Shown here: positions 47,812 through 59,340 of the stretch, piece after piece
How the letters are laid out: every line of letters starts with the position of its first letter
Position numbering within the stretch: position 1 is the first letter of the stretch
Assembly: GCA_036172245.1 (NCBI GenBank)
Contig: JAYWIR010000016.1
Coordinates: 1-64,000, forward strand
Origin: Raillietiella orientalis
Taxonomy: Eukaryota
DNA length: 64,000 nt
Direction of reading: 5' to 3'
The notes under the pieces: generated by a model
Told to the model about the DNA's origin: nothing
The model's database searches: none
What the model saw: the letters and a program-made list of their open reading frames with translations, nothing else
Made by a program: the position numbers and the translations under genes

Positions 47812-50800
47812 CTGGAATACGAAACGCCACGGCTGGCTGCAGACGACCCCTTGAGTTTGTGTCTCCCCCCCTCTCCCGGGGAAGGACGGAAGTTCGCCTT
47901 CCCTTCCTCCGTCGGCGAAAGGCAAGAAGAGGAGCAGAGCACGTCCTCCGGTTTCCCCAGGAGACCACGAATCCCAAGTTGCATCGCCCTGATGACGCGC
48001 AGCCCTTCGCCCGAGCGGCGCGCAGCAGCGGCAGCAACTTCGGATGTCTCGAAATGAGCGCTGGTCTAGCAGGAGGGGGGACTGCGCCGCAGGAATCCCC
48101 GCCCTCCAAGTCGCCTAGGGAACCGTCTGCAAGGGAGGTGCCGACGGTTGGCTCGAAAAGCGAAGGAATGAGACCTGTGCCTCTCGAAGTGCAACGCGCA
48201 CGCGCACCACAGAGCGCGCGAACAGCCGGAACGCGGCCTGAAGGACAGCTCCCGCATCGGGAAGAGGCAGCGGTTCTCCCCTCTTGAGGGGGATCGTCGA
48301 ACGAGATGCCGGAACCGTCTGCCGAAGTCGGAGAGACAAATGCAAGCAGAATGACTCAATTCTCACCCGACTGCCGCCTCAACCGGATGGCGCGCGCGCA
48401 AGGGAGGGGAAGGGGGGGGGGGAGAACGAAAAAATCGGAAAGGGGAAGGCGGAGCAACGGTGCCGGGCTTTGGGGGCGTGAGCGAGTCCCACGGGCAGCG
48501 TTGTGCGGGGGGCTTCACCTGCGCAGCGCTCATCTAATTGGGCAGGAGTGGCCCGAACAAAACAGGCGGTGGAGCCGGGAAGGGAGAAGGCACTGCTTCG
48601 GGGACCCGCCACGCTCCTCCTTGCCGGTTCGTCCCCGCGCCGAGCCGCGGCGCTCACGCTCCTCGAGGCCACAGCCAAGCCGACCCGGCCCGCGCGAGGG
48701 AGTAGGGGGTCGCTCCGGCTCCTCTCCGCCGGACGACGGCACGGAGCCACTTCCTCCCTGGCCTCGGGATCCCGGAGTCGCTCCTGCGCTTCCACACGAA
48801 CCTTCCCGACGCTTCCTCCTCCCTTTCCGGCGAGCGCGCGCGGAGGGCAAGCCTCCACGCAGCAGCGGCACAGAGGTCACGCCTCTCCCTTCCCGCGGGA
48901 AACGCTCCCAAGCGAACCCCGACTTTTCTCTCCTTCTCGACCTCTCTCCCTCCCCAGTGGCCTCCAAGAGCTCACCCCAGCGGCGCTTCAAAGGAGAAGG
49001 GGTGCCGCTCTTTCTGGAAAGGGATCACTGTCCCTTCTTTTTGCAACCGCCACCCGGCGGGCAGGCGGAAGGGAGCATCGTGTCCCGGGGCGTGGCCTTC
49101 GCGGGTGCCGCGGAAGCAGCTGGCTCCCCACAGCTCACCTGAGCGCCACCGGAAGCGGCATGCGAAGCTGTGCGTTGAAGAACTTCTTTCCCAGCGCCAG
49201 CACCGCGCGGCTCTTCCCATTGATGCTGCAGGCCACCTCCTCCACCGCGCCTTCTGGAACGACACGGAAATGGGGGGCGAACGGAAGCTCCTCGGGTGGA
49301 GGGAAGCGGGAGAGGCAGTGAAGAAGAGGGGAGTGATAGCCGCACCCACCTAGCTGCGAGTCCGCCACCACCTTGCTGACCAGTCCGGCGCGGAGAGCCT
49401 CAGGGGCCGTCAGGGCTTTGCCGGTGTACAGCATGTACGAGGCGGTCTTCGGGAAGATGTTGCGGCTCAGTGGGACGCCAGGAAGTGAGCAAAATAGGCC
49501 GATGTTCACCCTTCAGAGAGGGAGGGGACAAGAAATAACCCGTCATTGCTGTTGCTGTTGAGACCATTGGGGTATCGCCGCTGTCGCCCAGCAGCACCCC
49601 GCTGGCACCGCGCGTTGATTCGTGCAATGCGCAACGGGGGGTCTAAGAGCGCCATCTGCCGAGGTGGACAAAAGGACGGACACTCCAGGATGACCTTAGG
49701 TGACCCTTGCCCTTCACCTTGCGCCCAGATCGACTCCAACAGCGCTTTTCCGTCCCGTCCTCAGGGGCCCGCGTTCGCGCGCAGGGACCCTGGGCCGAGC
49801 AGAAGAGCAGGTGGGGCCCCGGTGCGCCCCTCCGCTGGCAGAGGGCGCCCGTTGCGAACAGGAACGGTGGCAGCGCGGGACGCGGGCAACGCCAGCGCTT
49901 CCGGAGGTGGCGACGCCTTACCCAGGGGTCGAGAAGAGGGCGTTCTCCCCAGCGATGACGACGTCGCACATGGAGACTAGCTGGCAGCCTGCCGCCGCCG
50001 CCAGGCCCCTGACCCCGGCCACGACGGGAACGGGAAGATTGCTGATGCTCTCCATGAGGCTCACGCAGGACTCGAAAATGGACGTGTGCTGATCGGCGTT
50101 GTCCGGCGTCTGGAAGGAAAAAGTCCGCTTGGTCACGCGCATTCCTCCGACCGTTTTCGGAGAGAAGGGTCTGCGGAGGAGGGGTGCGGGTCTGGGACGG
50201 GTCCCACGACGAGCTCCCTGAGTGACGTTCGACGGTCCCGCGGTTCCGGAAGCGCGAGACCACCGAATGACCCCGAGACGACCACCCTGCGAGCGATGGA
50301 AAGAGGAGAGGTTCGGCGCGGGTGAGCCGGGCGCAAGAACTTGGCTGTGGAAGGGAGGAGGTAGGGTCAAAACGCGCCGCTGAACGCCTTAAGCGCCTCG
50401 TCCGCCGTTCCCCTCCACAATGCATCCATCACCAGCTGCCGCCCACTGCCTTTCGGTGTCGGTGGGTTTCCCAAAGAGGGTGCGTGCGCAGCAGCTCGAG
50501 TGGCACTCATCCGGCATGCCACGGACATCGGCTTGCCCATCCTCCAAGCGACCAAGAGAGCGGGTCGAGTCGCCAAGAGGCGACGAAGGTTTATGCCCGC
50601 GCGACGACGGCGCCTGAGCCGGACACGCCTGCCCGAACGGTGCCCGGACCACCCGGGGATGAAAGGAAAGTTGCAGGCCGGAACGCGGGCGGCCGACTCC
50701 TCGTCTCGACGCCTGCTCGCCCTGCTGCGAGCCGGTCCTTCGCCAGCGGCGGAACGGGGAACGGTCGGTCGCGTACGCGCGGAACTCGGGAAGCGCTCAG

Positions 50801-53503
50801 ACGGGTGGGGGGTCGATTCCGTGACCCCGACAGCCGAGTACTTCCTGCAGTTCCTGGCCGAGCGACTCTGAGGCGATGGACGGAGCCGTTCCTAATTCCC
50901 CCGACGCGCTCCCACGGAACGATCCACTCCCCCTCCCCCGCGCGGAGGCTCCTGGGACTACCACGCGTCGAGTCCGCGGGCCACCAAAGCGAGGACGCTG
51001 TGGTCACAGCGACCCCGAGTGAGGAAGCCGGTCTTCCCGATGGCTGTCCGCCCGGCTGCTGAGTCGCATCGCCGGCGTCCATCTTTCCGAGACCGCGTAG
51101 AGAAGGGAGGGAGGCACGGCCTCCCCTGACAGGCGGTCCCCGAGTGGGGACGGCCCACTGCGCTCTCTGTCCGGCCCACGATCTGCCCTCTGTTCGTGCA
51201 GAACGAAAGGTTGGACCCGAGTCAGCCTTGCCAGGGACCGACGCGACGGAGGTGGTGCGCGATGAGGTGGAGGAAACCATTCGGGCGGCCTCGCGGAGGT
51301 CGCCGGCAGCTCTACGCAGCTGCTGTAGCACGTGGCTGCCAAGGGGTTTCCAGGATTCCCAAGATGGAAAGCGGAGCCACCCTCGAAGAACTTCCGTTCG
51401 GGGGATGACCACCCCATCCCACCCCCTAAGAAATAGAGAGCCCGGATCATGGGCGCGAGGAAGGCAGGGCGCCAGTCCGTCGCTGCCGAGAGGGCTCTGC
51501 GCACCAGTAGGTCAGTCGGCCCGTCGAGGCCGTGGGAACGAACGACACGAGTGGCGAACACTCAGAAGGAAGCCCACCGGGGAGGTTTCCCTGGGTGCAA
51601 GCCTTCACCGTCCTGGCAAAGGGGGGCGGGCAATCGACGAGGAGCGCGGAGGCGGCTGCCGGCTACCTCCCCCCGCAAAGCAGCAGCGAACCGCGAGGGA
51701 GAGTCTCCTTCGCGGGTCGGCTCGTGACCTTGACTGCCGAGTTTCTCCTGCAGCTCCTAGCCGAATAGGAGGCCGGTGGGAAGCTCCGGGCGTCCCTCCG
51801 AGACGTCGGCTTCCCTCCCTCCCTGTCTTCCGGTGAGCAGCGTGGTCATCCCCTCTCGGAGGGAACCGAAGAACTCGCGCGTGTCTCGCCCGCGGCCGCA
51901 ACGTCCCTTCCGCGAGGCTCCCGGAAGCCCCCCGTAATGCAGGTCTTGCGGTCCGGTCTGCCTCCCACCCCCTCGCACGCCCTGGCCCGACGTCCCGTCT
52001 CGGCATTACGAGCAGGCGGCTTCTCTGGACGCGAGTTCCCCGGGAAGCGCACCCGGGAACAGCCCCCTCACTTGCTAGGCCGGGCTCCTTGCATGACCGG
52101 AAGGAGAACTGCGGTTTCTTGGCAAAGAAGGGATGGCGCCAGCCCATGACGAACCCCTCCTCCCCCCCCCTTAAGATGGGATGCTCCCTCCTCGTCCAGC
52201 GGGTCCCGTGGGCCACGACGCACAGACGAGCGTCGCGGGGCCAAGACACCACTCTCCTACACGGACCCGACGCGCTGCCTTTGAAACGAATCCCTGGCGC
52301 GCGATTGCCCCTGGTGCCGCCAGGTGCTCATCAGGGTAAAGCGGAGTGGAGCTGAGCGCGGAAATTCACTACGGTGACCTTCCCAGACACACACACCGCC
52401 CCTGAGGCGCTTCTTTCGCCGGAGGGGCGATGACGTACCGCAACCCAGAGGGGGAGGAGAGATGGAGAAAGTTAAAGGCAAGCAGACAGTGCCGGTGCAG
52501 CGCAGGGGTGCATGCGCTACGCGGCGTACGGGAAAAACGCCTGAGGCGCGGCGGAAACCCGAAACGCGCGGACCGGACGCGGCGGCGGAGGGAGCCACGA
52601 GGCAAACGGGAAGCAGCCGGCAGCGCGCGGACGCGACGCGGACGGCGCGTGTATTCCGCGGAGAGCCGGAGTGGGGGTCGTCGTCCCCGGTGCGGGGGAG
52701 GGCGCGGACCCTCTCTGGGGACCCCGGATGTGGGAGAGAGAGGGGGATGACAACGTCTCGGGTTTTGGCGGTGCTCACGGGACGCGATGACCAGGCTGGC
52801 TGGCGGCGTGCTCACGGGAGGAGAGGGGAAGGGGGGGGGGCGACTGCCGCCTTCTCGGAACCAAAAGTGGCCGCTGCTCGGCCCACGGAGGGGGCGTACG
52901 GTGAAACCAAAAGCGCGCGCAGCTCCGGCAGCGACCGGGAGCTTCTCGGAATGGCCGAAATAGACATTCCTGGGCGACATAAATCTTCTCCGAGACAAGA
53001 GACGCTGAACCCATACCTAGGCAACACGCTCCCTCGAAAGACGAATAACTCGCCACGCTGGAATGGCACTCGAAGCAGTTCCGCCGGGTTCCCCGCCTTC
53101 GAGAGCGCGCCCCCTCTCACATCCCGGATGAGATCCTCCGAAGCCCCCCTCCCATCCTCCCCTTCCGCCCCGGAGCAAGAGGGGCTGACCGACGTGGAGG
53201 AGGGACGGCCGCTCCCGCTGGGGTGGGGGCTGCGCATAGGATACGCGGCTGCTGCCGGGATCCTCCCTCTCCTTCCCAGCTTCCAGAGAACCCGATGCGG
53301 CACCCGCGTTTGTGTTTTAACGCGAACGGAAGCGGAGGAGGGGGAATTCCCGCTTTCCCCTTTTTACCAGCTCCTTCAGGTCGTGGCCTGAGCAGAACAC
53401 ATGTCCCTCCGCGGCCAGCACCACGCAGCGGATGTCCTCCTTGCCTGCGACCTCGGAGATCTGCCGGTTCAGCGTCTTCAACATGTCGGACGACAAGGCG
53501 TTC
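47727..53503 (-). CDS. ECHDC3: ECHDC3-like enoyl-CoA hydratase domain protein (crotonase superfamily); five confidently placed coding exons, N-terminus unresolved
   Basis: The spliced translation is R-NALSSDMLKTLNRQISEVAGKEDIRCVVLAAEGHVFCSGHDLKEL / TPDNADQHTSIFESCVSLMESISNLPVPVVAGVRGLAAAAGCQLVSMCDVVIAGENALFSTPG / VNIGLFCSLPGVPLSRNIFPKTASYMLYTGKALTAPEALRAGLVSKVVADSQL / EGAVEEVACSINGKSRAVLALGKKFFNAQLRMPLPVALR / MGAETMVSNLLLEDAHQGIRGFFDKKR*. The motifs FxSGHDLKEL, GLAAAAGCQLV and FSTPGVNIGLFCS are typical of ECHDC3. All introns are GT-AG and phase-consistent. Confidence 0.93.
49139..49253 (-). CDS. ECHDC3: ECHDC3-like exon (EGAVEEVA...LGKKFFNAQL...ALR)
   Basis: Acceptor gttccag| and donor AG|gtgagc; 115 nt, phase 1 to phase 2. 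Confidence 0.92.
49350..49510 (-). CDS. ECHDC3: ECHDC3-like exon (VNIGLFCS...VSKVVADSQL)
   Basis: Acceptor ctctctgaag|G and donor G|gtgggt; 161 nt = 1 nt + 53 codons + 1 nt. Confidence 0.93.
49922..50109 (-). CDS. ECHDC3: ECHDC3-like exon (TPDN...AAAAGCQL...FSTPG)
   Basis: Acceptor tttccttccag| and donor GG|gtaagg; 188 nt = 62 codons + 2 nt. Confidence 0.94.
53368..53503 (-). CDS. ECHDC3: ECHDC3-like exon (NALS...SGHDLKEL)
   Basis: Acceptor tttcgtag|G and donor CTG|gtaaaa; 136 nt = 1 nt + 45 codons. Confidence 0.93.
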
Positions 53504-54199
53504 CTACGAAACCAAAGATCGGAGAGGTTCCGCTTTCGGAATCCGGAGGGCCTTCCCTGCGGTCCCGCAGGGAGGAAAGAGGTCGCGCGGCTGGAACGGC
53601 GCGCAGTTGGCTGCGGCCGTGACCTTCCCCGCACGCGGCGCTTGCCACGAGGGGGACTGCATTTGCAACGAACGAAGGGTTCCCATCCAGCACTCTCCTC
53701 TTGGGACACCCCGCGGACCGGCGGAAGGGGCCGGGGCAACGCAGGCTGGGCCACGGGCTGCTGCGCTCCTCGGGCGGGCTCAACTATTCCGGTCGAGACG
53801 AGGGCGCTGCTCGATTGCGGTATGCGCGGCCTTGCCACGAGCGGGGACCAAACATCCCCAGAGGCAATCGAGCAGGAAGGGGGGGCAGGGGAGGAGGATA
53901 AGGGAACGGACAGGAAACGGAACGGAAGGGGAAGTGACGACGTTTCTTGCGTGGAGGCGGGTAGGCGCCTCCGGTGTGATCCATCGCAAGGAAACGCAGC
54001 CTCCCCCCCCCCCCTCCCATCGTGGCACGCCAGCTGTGAGCACGCGCGCGAGGGGAGGACGCGAAGATGTCCGGAAAGGTTGGAGCATCCACCTCTGCCC
54101 CAGAGGGGGACCGCGGCGACCTCTGGAAAGCGCGCCTGGCTTCAGGCGATGAGCGCATTCGGGAAGACGCTTTCTCGAGAGGAGTATCTTTTCTCTGAC

Positions 54200-54275
54200 C
54201 TCCCCAGATGATGCCGGGCACCGCGGATGTCTTCCGCGTTTCCCTGCCTCGAGGAAGGCGGATTCTGCGAGTACG
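54200..54275 (-). CDS. Candidate upstream exon of the ECHDC3-like gene (xYSQNPPSSRQGNAEDIRGARHHLGR)
   Basis: Acceptor tcccttttag| and donor GAG|gtcaga. It ends in phase 2 and splices in frame to G-AAC-GCC (R-N-A). No clear homology. Confidence 0.45.
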
Positions 54276-55269
54276 CTAAAAGGGACGGAAGACCGGAAAT
54301 GTGCGCATCCCCCTCCTGCCTCCCCCCGTCTCCCCTCTTCCACCGGAAGCTTCGCGGCGTCCGCTCCAAACCTTTCCGCCATCTCCTTCGCTTCGATCGA
54401 ATCCCGCCGCCACCCTCCACCGAGATGGCTCCTCGTTCGTTTCCCGGGGAGACGCTAAATTCTCGTTTTCCGCGGAGACCGGCGGCTCCGTCCACATCAT
54501 CTCGAGGAACGGAGGCCGCCTCCCCCGGTCGCGAAGCAGAGCTCATGATTCACGCAAATGAGGGAACGTCGGGTAAGCCCCATCGGGAGGAACGACGGCA
54601 CGGGGAAGAAATATGGACGACGGGGAGGAGTGGGAGGAGGAAAAGAGGAAGAGAAGGAGGAGGAACGGACCCGAAATCCAGCACCGCTTCTCGTCCTGTT
54701 CGCCTTCCAGGAGACGAATCGAACGACAAGGCCTCGGGCAAGAGCCAACGACGGGACGGGAAAAGAGCAGGAAGGAAGGCATACAGAAAGGATCGCCTGG
54801 ACGACGGGCGTGATCTCGGGAGAGGGGAGCGCCCGCGGACGGTTCCGGGATGACCTGGCGGCAGCGTGCAGAGGCGAGCCCGCGTCTCTTCAGCTCGGGA
54901 GAAGGAGAAGCCGATCCCCGCCGATCCCCCCTCCCCGGTTTTCGCTTCCGTCCGTCCTCGCGCTCGCACCACATTCCGCTGCCTCCGGCGGACAGAGGGG
55001 ACGGCGCGACCGAAAGAAGGGAAGGGCGCCGGGCCGGCGAGAGGCTTGTCCTTGGACGCGCTGCCGCCCCCACGAGAAACGGCCCGACCAGTCGGGACCC
55101 GCGGTCCAAGGCGGAAGTGCAGTCCGCGTGGAAATGACCCTCCGCTCGCGCGAGGCTCCGTCCGCGCGCTTCGGGCAACAACCGAAAGGGAAGGGCCGCG
55201 TTCGCAGCTTCCCCCTCCCCCGCTTCGGAACCGTCCTTGGTGCCGCGAGCACTACCGGTACACCCCGCG

Positions 55270-55670
55270 CGGAAGTCCCAATAAACCGGTGGTGGCAGAT
55301 ATCCTAACCCATTCGTTCCTGATTTATCCTCGATCGTTCGCTGATGAACGCGTGCGAGCAGAGAAGTCAGAGACCCGCGGCCCTCAGCGCGCGATCAGAA
55401 AGCGCGGGGAAATCCCGCGCGATTTATGGGGAGGACCCACGCACTCTCGAGGGGAGAGCGGGAGATTTCCGCCAACCCCATCGTCGGTGAGTTACGGCCG
55501 ATCCGGGATGAAGCGAATCCCTTCGTCCCGTACAAAAATTATGGCGCGCGCGTTCTCCGCCGCCATTAGACCCGTTGCGTTACGGGGAACTTGCTTCCGC
55601 CATTATCGTTGCTGCGGAAAGCCGTCCGTTGCCGGGACGACCGACGCGGTCCACGTCGCGAGCCGGAAGT
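55270..55670. promoter_or_regulatory. Promoter-like island inside the ECHDC3-like 5' region
   Basis: Two CCGCCATT (YY1-like; 55560, 55597), CCGGAAGT (ETS-like; 55663), CCAAT and E2F-like GCGCGGGGAAA. Confidence 0.35.
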
Positions 55671-56339
55671 CCCTGGAGCACCCACGGAGCAGCCCGCCCG
55701 CACCAAAAACGCGAGGGGCAGCCCGAGCGCCCTCCGAGGCCTCAGCTTTCATGGGTCCGTCTCAGCCGAAGGGGTCGCCGACACCTCTTCCCCGCACGCG
55801 CCCGTCCGCAGCGGGGAAGAGGCGGGCGCTGGAGAATCGGCTGGGGGACCCAGCTCGTCCCATAGGGAGCTCCTCCTCCTCCGTCAGGCCCCCCCGGAAT
55901 CTCTCCGAAGCGCTCCTCCCGCTACCACCCAGACCCGCTCATGACGGCGGGCGATCGGGACAAACTCGAGCCCAAACCCTCCCCGAGCGCGCCGTCCACC
56001 GCCCTTCTGTCTTTCTTTCTTTTTCTTCTTTTTTTTTTCAAGGCCAGTGGCGACCTCACGGGGAGGTCGTGATCACTGGCGCAGCACGATGGAATCCTTT
56101 TGGGCTATTCGGTTTCGCTGCCTTCCTTCCACCAGCGTTTTTTACTTCTCTTTTTTTTTTGGTTCTCAAGGAGTGCCGAAGAACCGTCCGCCTCCTTGTG
56201 AGCGACTCACGAAGCTCTTCAGCGCTGTCCACGCCGCCCGGAGGTGCGTGTCGACTCTCCAGGTTAGGAGGAACACCAAAAAGGACCCCTCTATGAATCC
56301 AGGAAGGGCTCTGGAGGAAGGATTCCGTTCCCCTCTTAC

Positions 56340-56426
56340 GCATGGGAGGAGAGTCCTGAAGGGACCCTCTGCCATGGTCGTCTCCGAAGGGAACCTCGCA
56401 GAGGAATCTGTTCCCTGTTTCCTCCT
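56340..56426 (-). CDS. Candidate upstream exon (87 nt) of the ECHDC3-like gene
   Basis: Acceptor ttctcttcag|, also present in the duplicate near 1077; donor GC|gtaaga. Open in the phase 1-1 frame and contains a GACCATGG Kozak context. Confidence 0.4.
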
Positions 56427-56784
56427 CTGAAGAGAACCCGGAAGGGACGCTTCCAAAGTCCTCTGGAGGGTCGCTCCCCGAAGGGAGCAGCCGCGCTTCT
56501 CACACCCCGGAGAAACAACCCCCGACGGGGGTATAAGCCAGCTCCATAGTACCAGAGATGGAGGGTCCCCCTGGGGGGAACTCCATTTTCATAAACGGAG
56601 GAGAACCCAGAAGGTCTCTTCGATGTCCTGAAAGGATCTCGGAGGGTCAACTTCCGATCCTGGAGGCCAGTCAATGGGAGGCATCCGAGGACTTCCAGCA
56701 ATGCTGCCTCACCCGAATGGGCCAGCCACCGCCATCCTGCGCAGGGAATCGAAACCCACGACGCACACACTTCTCGGCATCGAT

Positions 56785-56850
56785 GCTTCCCCTGGCGGGA
56801 TCCGAACCCGCGAGGCTTGGCACGCCACGCGCTGAGACCGCAGCCACGCA
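56785..56850 (-). mobile_element. Possible degenerate tRNA-derived SINE head
   Basis: The minus strand reads GTGGCTGCGGTCTCAGCGCGTGG...CGCGGGTTCGGATCCCGCCAGGGG (A-box- and B-box-like). About 45 nt of this is absent from duplicate copy 1. Confidence 0.25.
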
Positions 56851-56954
56851 CGGACGCCAACGCGGGAACGGGAGGCTCCTGTCCTTCGCTCTCGTGCGCT
56901 CGAGCACGCTCCGTCCCGTTGCTTGGCGCTCGAGCACGCCACCGTTCTCTTGAC

Positions 56955-57018
56955 CGGTCTCTGCGGCAACGAGTCGCACACTCATCACTCTTGAGAGGAT
57001 CCCGACTCCAGTCGCCAT
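56955..57018 (-). CDS. Candidate first coding exon MATGVGILSRVMSVRLVAAET (mitochondrial-presequence-like)
   Basis: ACTATGG Kozak context; N-terminus contains Arg/Ser and few acidic residues. Donor G|gtcaag (phase 1) is compatible with the 54275 and 56426 exons. An alternative donor CC|gtgcgt near 56851 (phase 2) joins directly to the NALS exon. Confidence 0.4.
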
Positions 57019-57692
57019 AGTCCTACCGCCTAAACCTCAAGCCAGAAAGAAAAAAAGAAAGGGGGGGGGCATTCTGCGCTGGAGAAATGGCTGCGGATTC
57101 GAGCCTTCCGTTTCACAAAACGCTCACCACTCCGAGGAGAGCGCTCCCCCTCCTCCCTCCACTCCATTTCCTTGGCAGTGTCAAGGAAACGGGGTGGAGC
57201 GATCTCTCCCTTGCACCTCTCTACGGCGACGTCGAACCCTTCCAAACAAACGCTGGAACTTCATGAGGTCCATCGGGGTCACACCCAACACCGCCGAATG
57301 CAGCTTCCCGAGAACTTTCCCCTCCATTGTCGCCTGTGAGAGCAGCAGGGATTCCGGAGGGAACGATCACGCTGTCTGCACCTATCCCCGCTAGGGCTCC
57401 TTCCTAGGAAGGCGGCGACCCATTCCCCGCGTTCTTTCTCAGCGCGACTCGCGAAATAAATCCCCGCACCCCTTCCCTGCCACCACCCCCGCGACATGGT
57501 ACCCCTCCGTACCCCTGCCGTACTTCCCCATTCCCTGCCGAAGCGCGAAACTTTCCGGAACTTCGCTTTGTCCGTTTTCCCGGTGCAAGAGAGGCGTCGC
57601 AGCCTTCCTCGCTGCGCTTAACGCCCTGGACGAACCTGGTTTCTTGGAAACGTACGCCCAGCTTGGGGGGGGGAGTAGGGGGGGATAGCTGA

Positions 57693-58710
57693 TTTATTGG
57701 CGATAGCTTTGCTCGCTGGCAAGAACTGGCCGTCTGTGCTCCCGATCGCACGGATGCCCGCCACTTATTGATGAAGGTTTCGTAACGGCGCCCAGCACAG
57801 CGCACGTTCACCACGATAACACCAGTCCGCAACATGTTCCGCGCAGAGACACGGTTTGCTGCTGCGCAAGCAGGAAGAAACAAGGGAACGGTGTGGACAT
57901 CTTCAGCTCCTCCCGATGCGATTCATCTGAATTACTGAGTTTCGTGCACGCGACGTGAATCAGAGTGCAACTTGAATGCACCTCTTCTGCATCGGAATGT
58001 CCGCAAAGAGATTCTGTTGTACAATGCTTCGCATCTGTTTTGAATTTCACACAGACACGCGTGTACGTTGCATCCGCTTGTTGGATCCATTTCTGATTTA
58101 CGAGAGCTCGGCTGTCCACGGACTAAAATCTACAAGAGCTGCTCAGCAACTTCCAGGATTCCTGTTCATCTCCGGATCTGCCCTGACGCCCTCTGAGAAG
58201 CCATGGCGCGTTTAAAGAGTGGAAGCACAGTTCCTCCTCGAGCAAAGAGTGTGTGTGTGTGTGTTTTTCAATTTCCCGCATCCATTAGGAGGTTTTGATT
58301 CTTTGAGAAGGTCACCTAATTTTCTACGGGTGGGCCTCGGAGCTTCGGAAGGGCATGTCTCTCTTTCTCTCACCCCGATATGTGTGTACGCACACGCATC
58401 ACCACACTGCTGAAATTCCAATGCAGGCCCGCACCACTCTCGCATAGGTTGGTCCGCATTTACCGGAGCTCGCATTCCCACAAGACGAGCGCCAGTGACT
58501 GGCCGGGAAAGAAAGTGGCTCGAAGCTGCATGCAAATTCGAGAACCCCTTGAAAAATGAACGCGTGAAATAGGAACACGTGACACAGAGCACCATCAACT
58601 GCTGTCTGGATTTCTACGTTGTCTGAGCACGACGATTTTCTACGCCATCCTTCGCAGATCTACGCTTCGATGATGCGGAAGGTTTCTGCAGACTGCGGTG
58701 GTCCAGAAAG
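57693..58710 (-). ncRNA. Candidate spliced non-coding minus-strand exons ending at AATAAA (57693-57698)
   Basis: Several pyrimidine-tract/CAG acceptors (~58702, 58499, 58193, 57862). The ~58600-58700 segment has stops in all three frames. Confidence 0.3.
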
Positions 58711-59199
58711 GTGCAATCGTGAGACTATCCATACCACCAAACGCTCATGTGCATGCATTTTTCGTAAACCCACCTTCCAACACAAAAGGCAAACTCCCAT
58801 CAGCAGCGTAAAAAAGAAAAAAAAGAAAAAAGAAAAAAAAGATTCGGACCACCGCAATCGCGCATGACTGTAGCTACAGAAATGGAAATGAACGGTTTTT
58901 CAGCTTCGAACCCAAAGCACGCCGCATGCTGCAATCAGGAACGCGGTTGCCAATGCCAGCAACAAACGACGTGAGATGAAAGCGACTGGTGGTGGCTGTC
59001 ATCCTGAACATGAGATTCAGCTGAGCTTCTCTACACGGGCACAATTCAGATCCGCTCGTGGATGCCACGTCGACAGATCCCAACAAGGCACAGCTTCACC
59101 GCGGTACCACGAAGATGATGATGTGATGGCATCCTTATGCGGAGTGACTGAGGTTCCCGCTGGCCCGCGAGCCTCACGCAAAGCACCAAATTGCCCTTC

Positions 59200-59340
59200 A
59201 GAGTGGATTACGTAGAACCACACTTTGTAGACGCGTGCCTAGAAGGCTCGGGGAACGCTCTCGATGCGTCAACTCACAATCCTAATGAAAGTGACGAAGT
59301 AATGACGTCAGAGTTGGAGATCCTGAAGTTCGAGTAGAGT
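59200..59340. promoter_or_regulatory. CRE-containing promoter-like region
   Basis: Full TGACGTCA at 59303-59310, a TGACG half-site 11 nt upstream and TTACGTAG nearby, at the GC-to-AT transition. Confidence 0.45.

Larger units (their letters stand above)
56390..57030 (-). repeat. Segmental duplicate, copy 2 (5' region of the ECHDC3-like gene)
   Basis: Colinear matches to 1040-1341 include ttcctcctctgaagaga, gaagggagcag(c)cgcgcttct, tccattttca, ctcggagggtca, ctcacccgaat and ccatcctgcg. Weaker matches to 2950-3160 include cagcca(c/t)gcac, cgctcgagc and gccata..ctac. Confidence 0.85.

Noticed and set aside
53062..53084. miR-263a-like AATGGCACTCGAAG
   Set aside because: It has several mismatches and only a 7-bp pairing downstream, so it is not a convincing hairpin.
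55495..55566. MAAENARAIIFVRDEGIRFIPDRP as the missing ECHDC3 'DGIRxI' exon
   Set aside because: The frame ends in TAA directly afterwards and lacks the LxxPxKR segment, so it is probably coincidental.
58460..58498. SLALVLWE, resembling receptor kinase subdomain IX
   Set aside because: It is followed by a stop four codons later and no other kinase motifs were found nearby.
59101..59160. C/D-box-like ATGATGA...CTGA
   Set aside because: The box spacing is too short for a snoRNA and I recognised no rRNA-antisense element.
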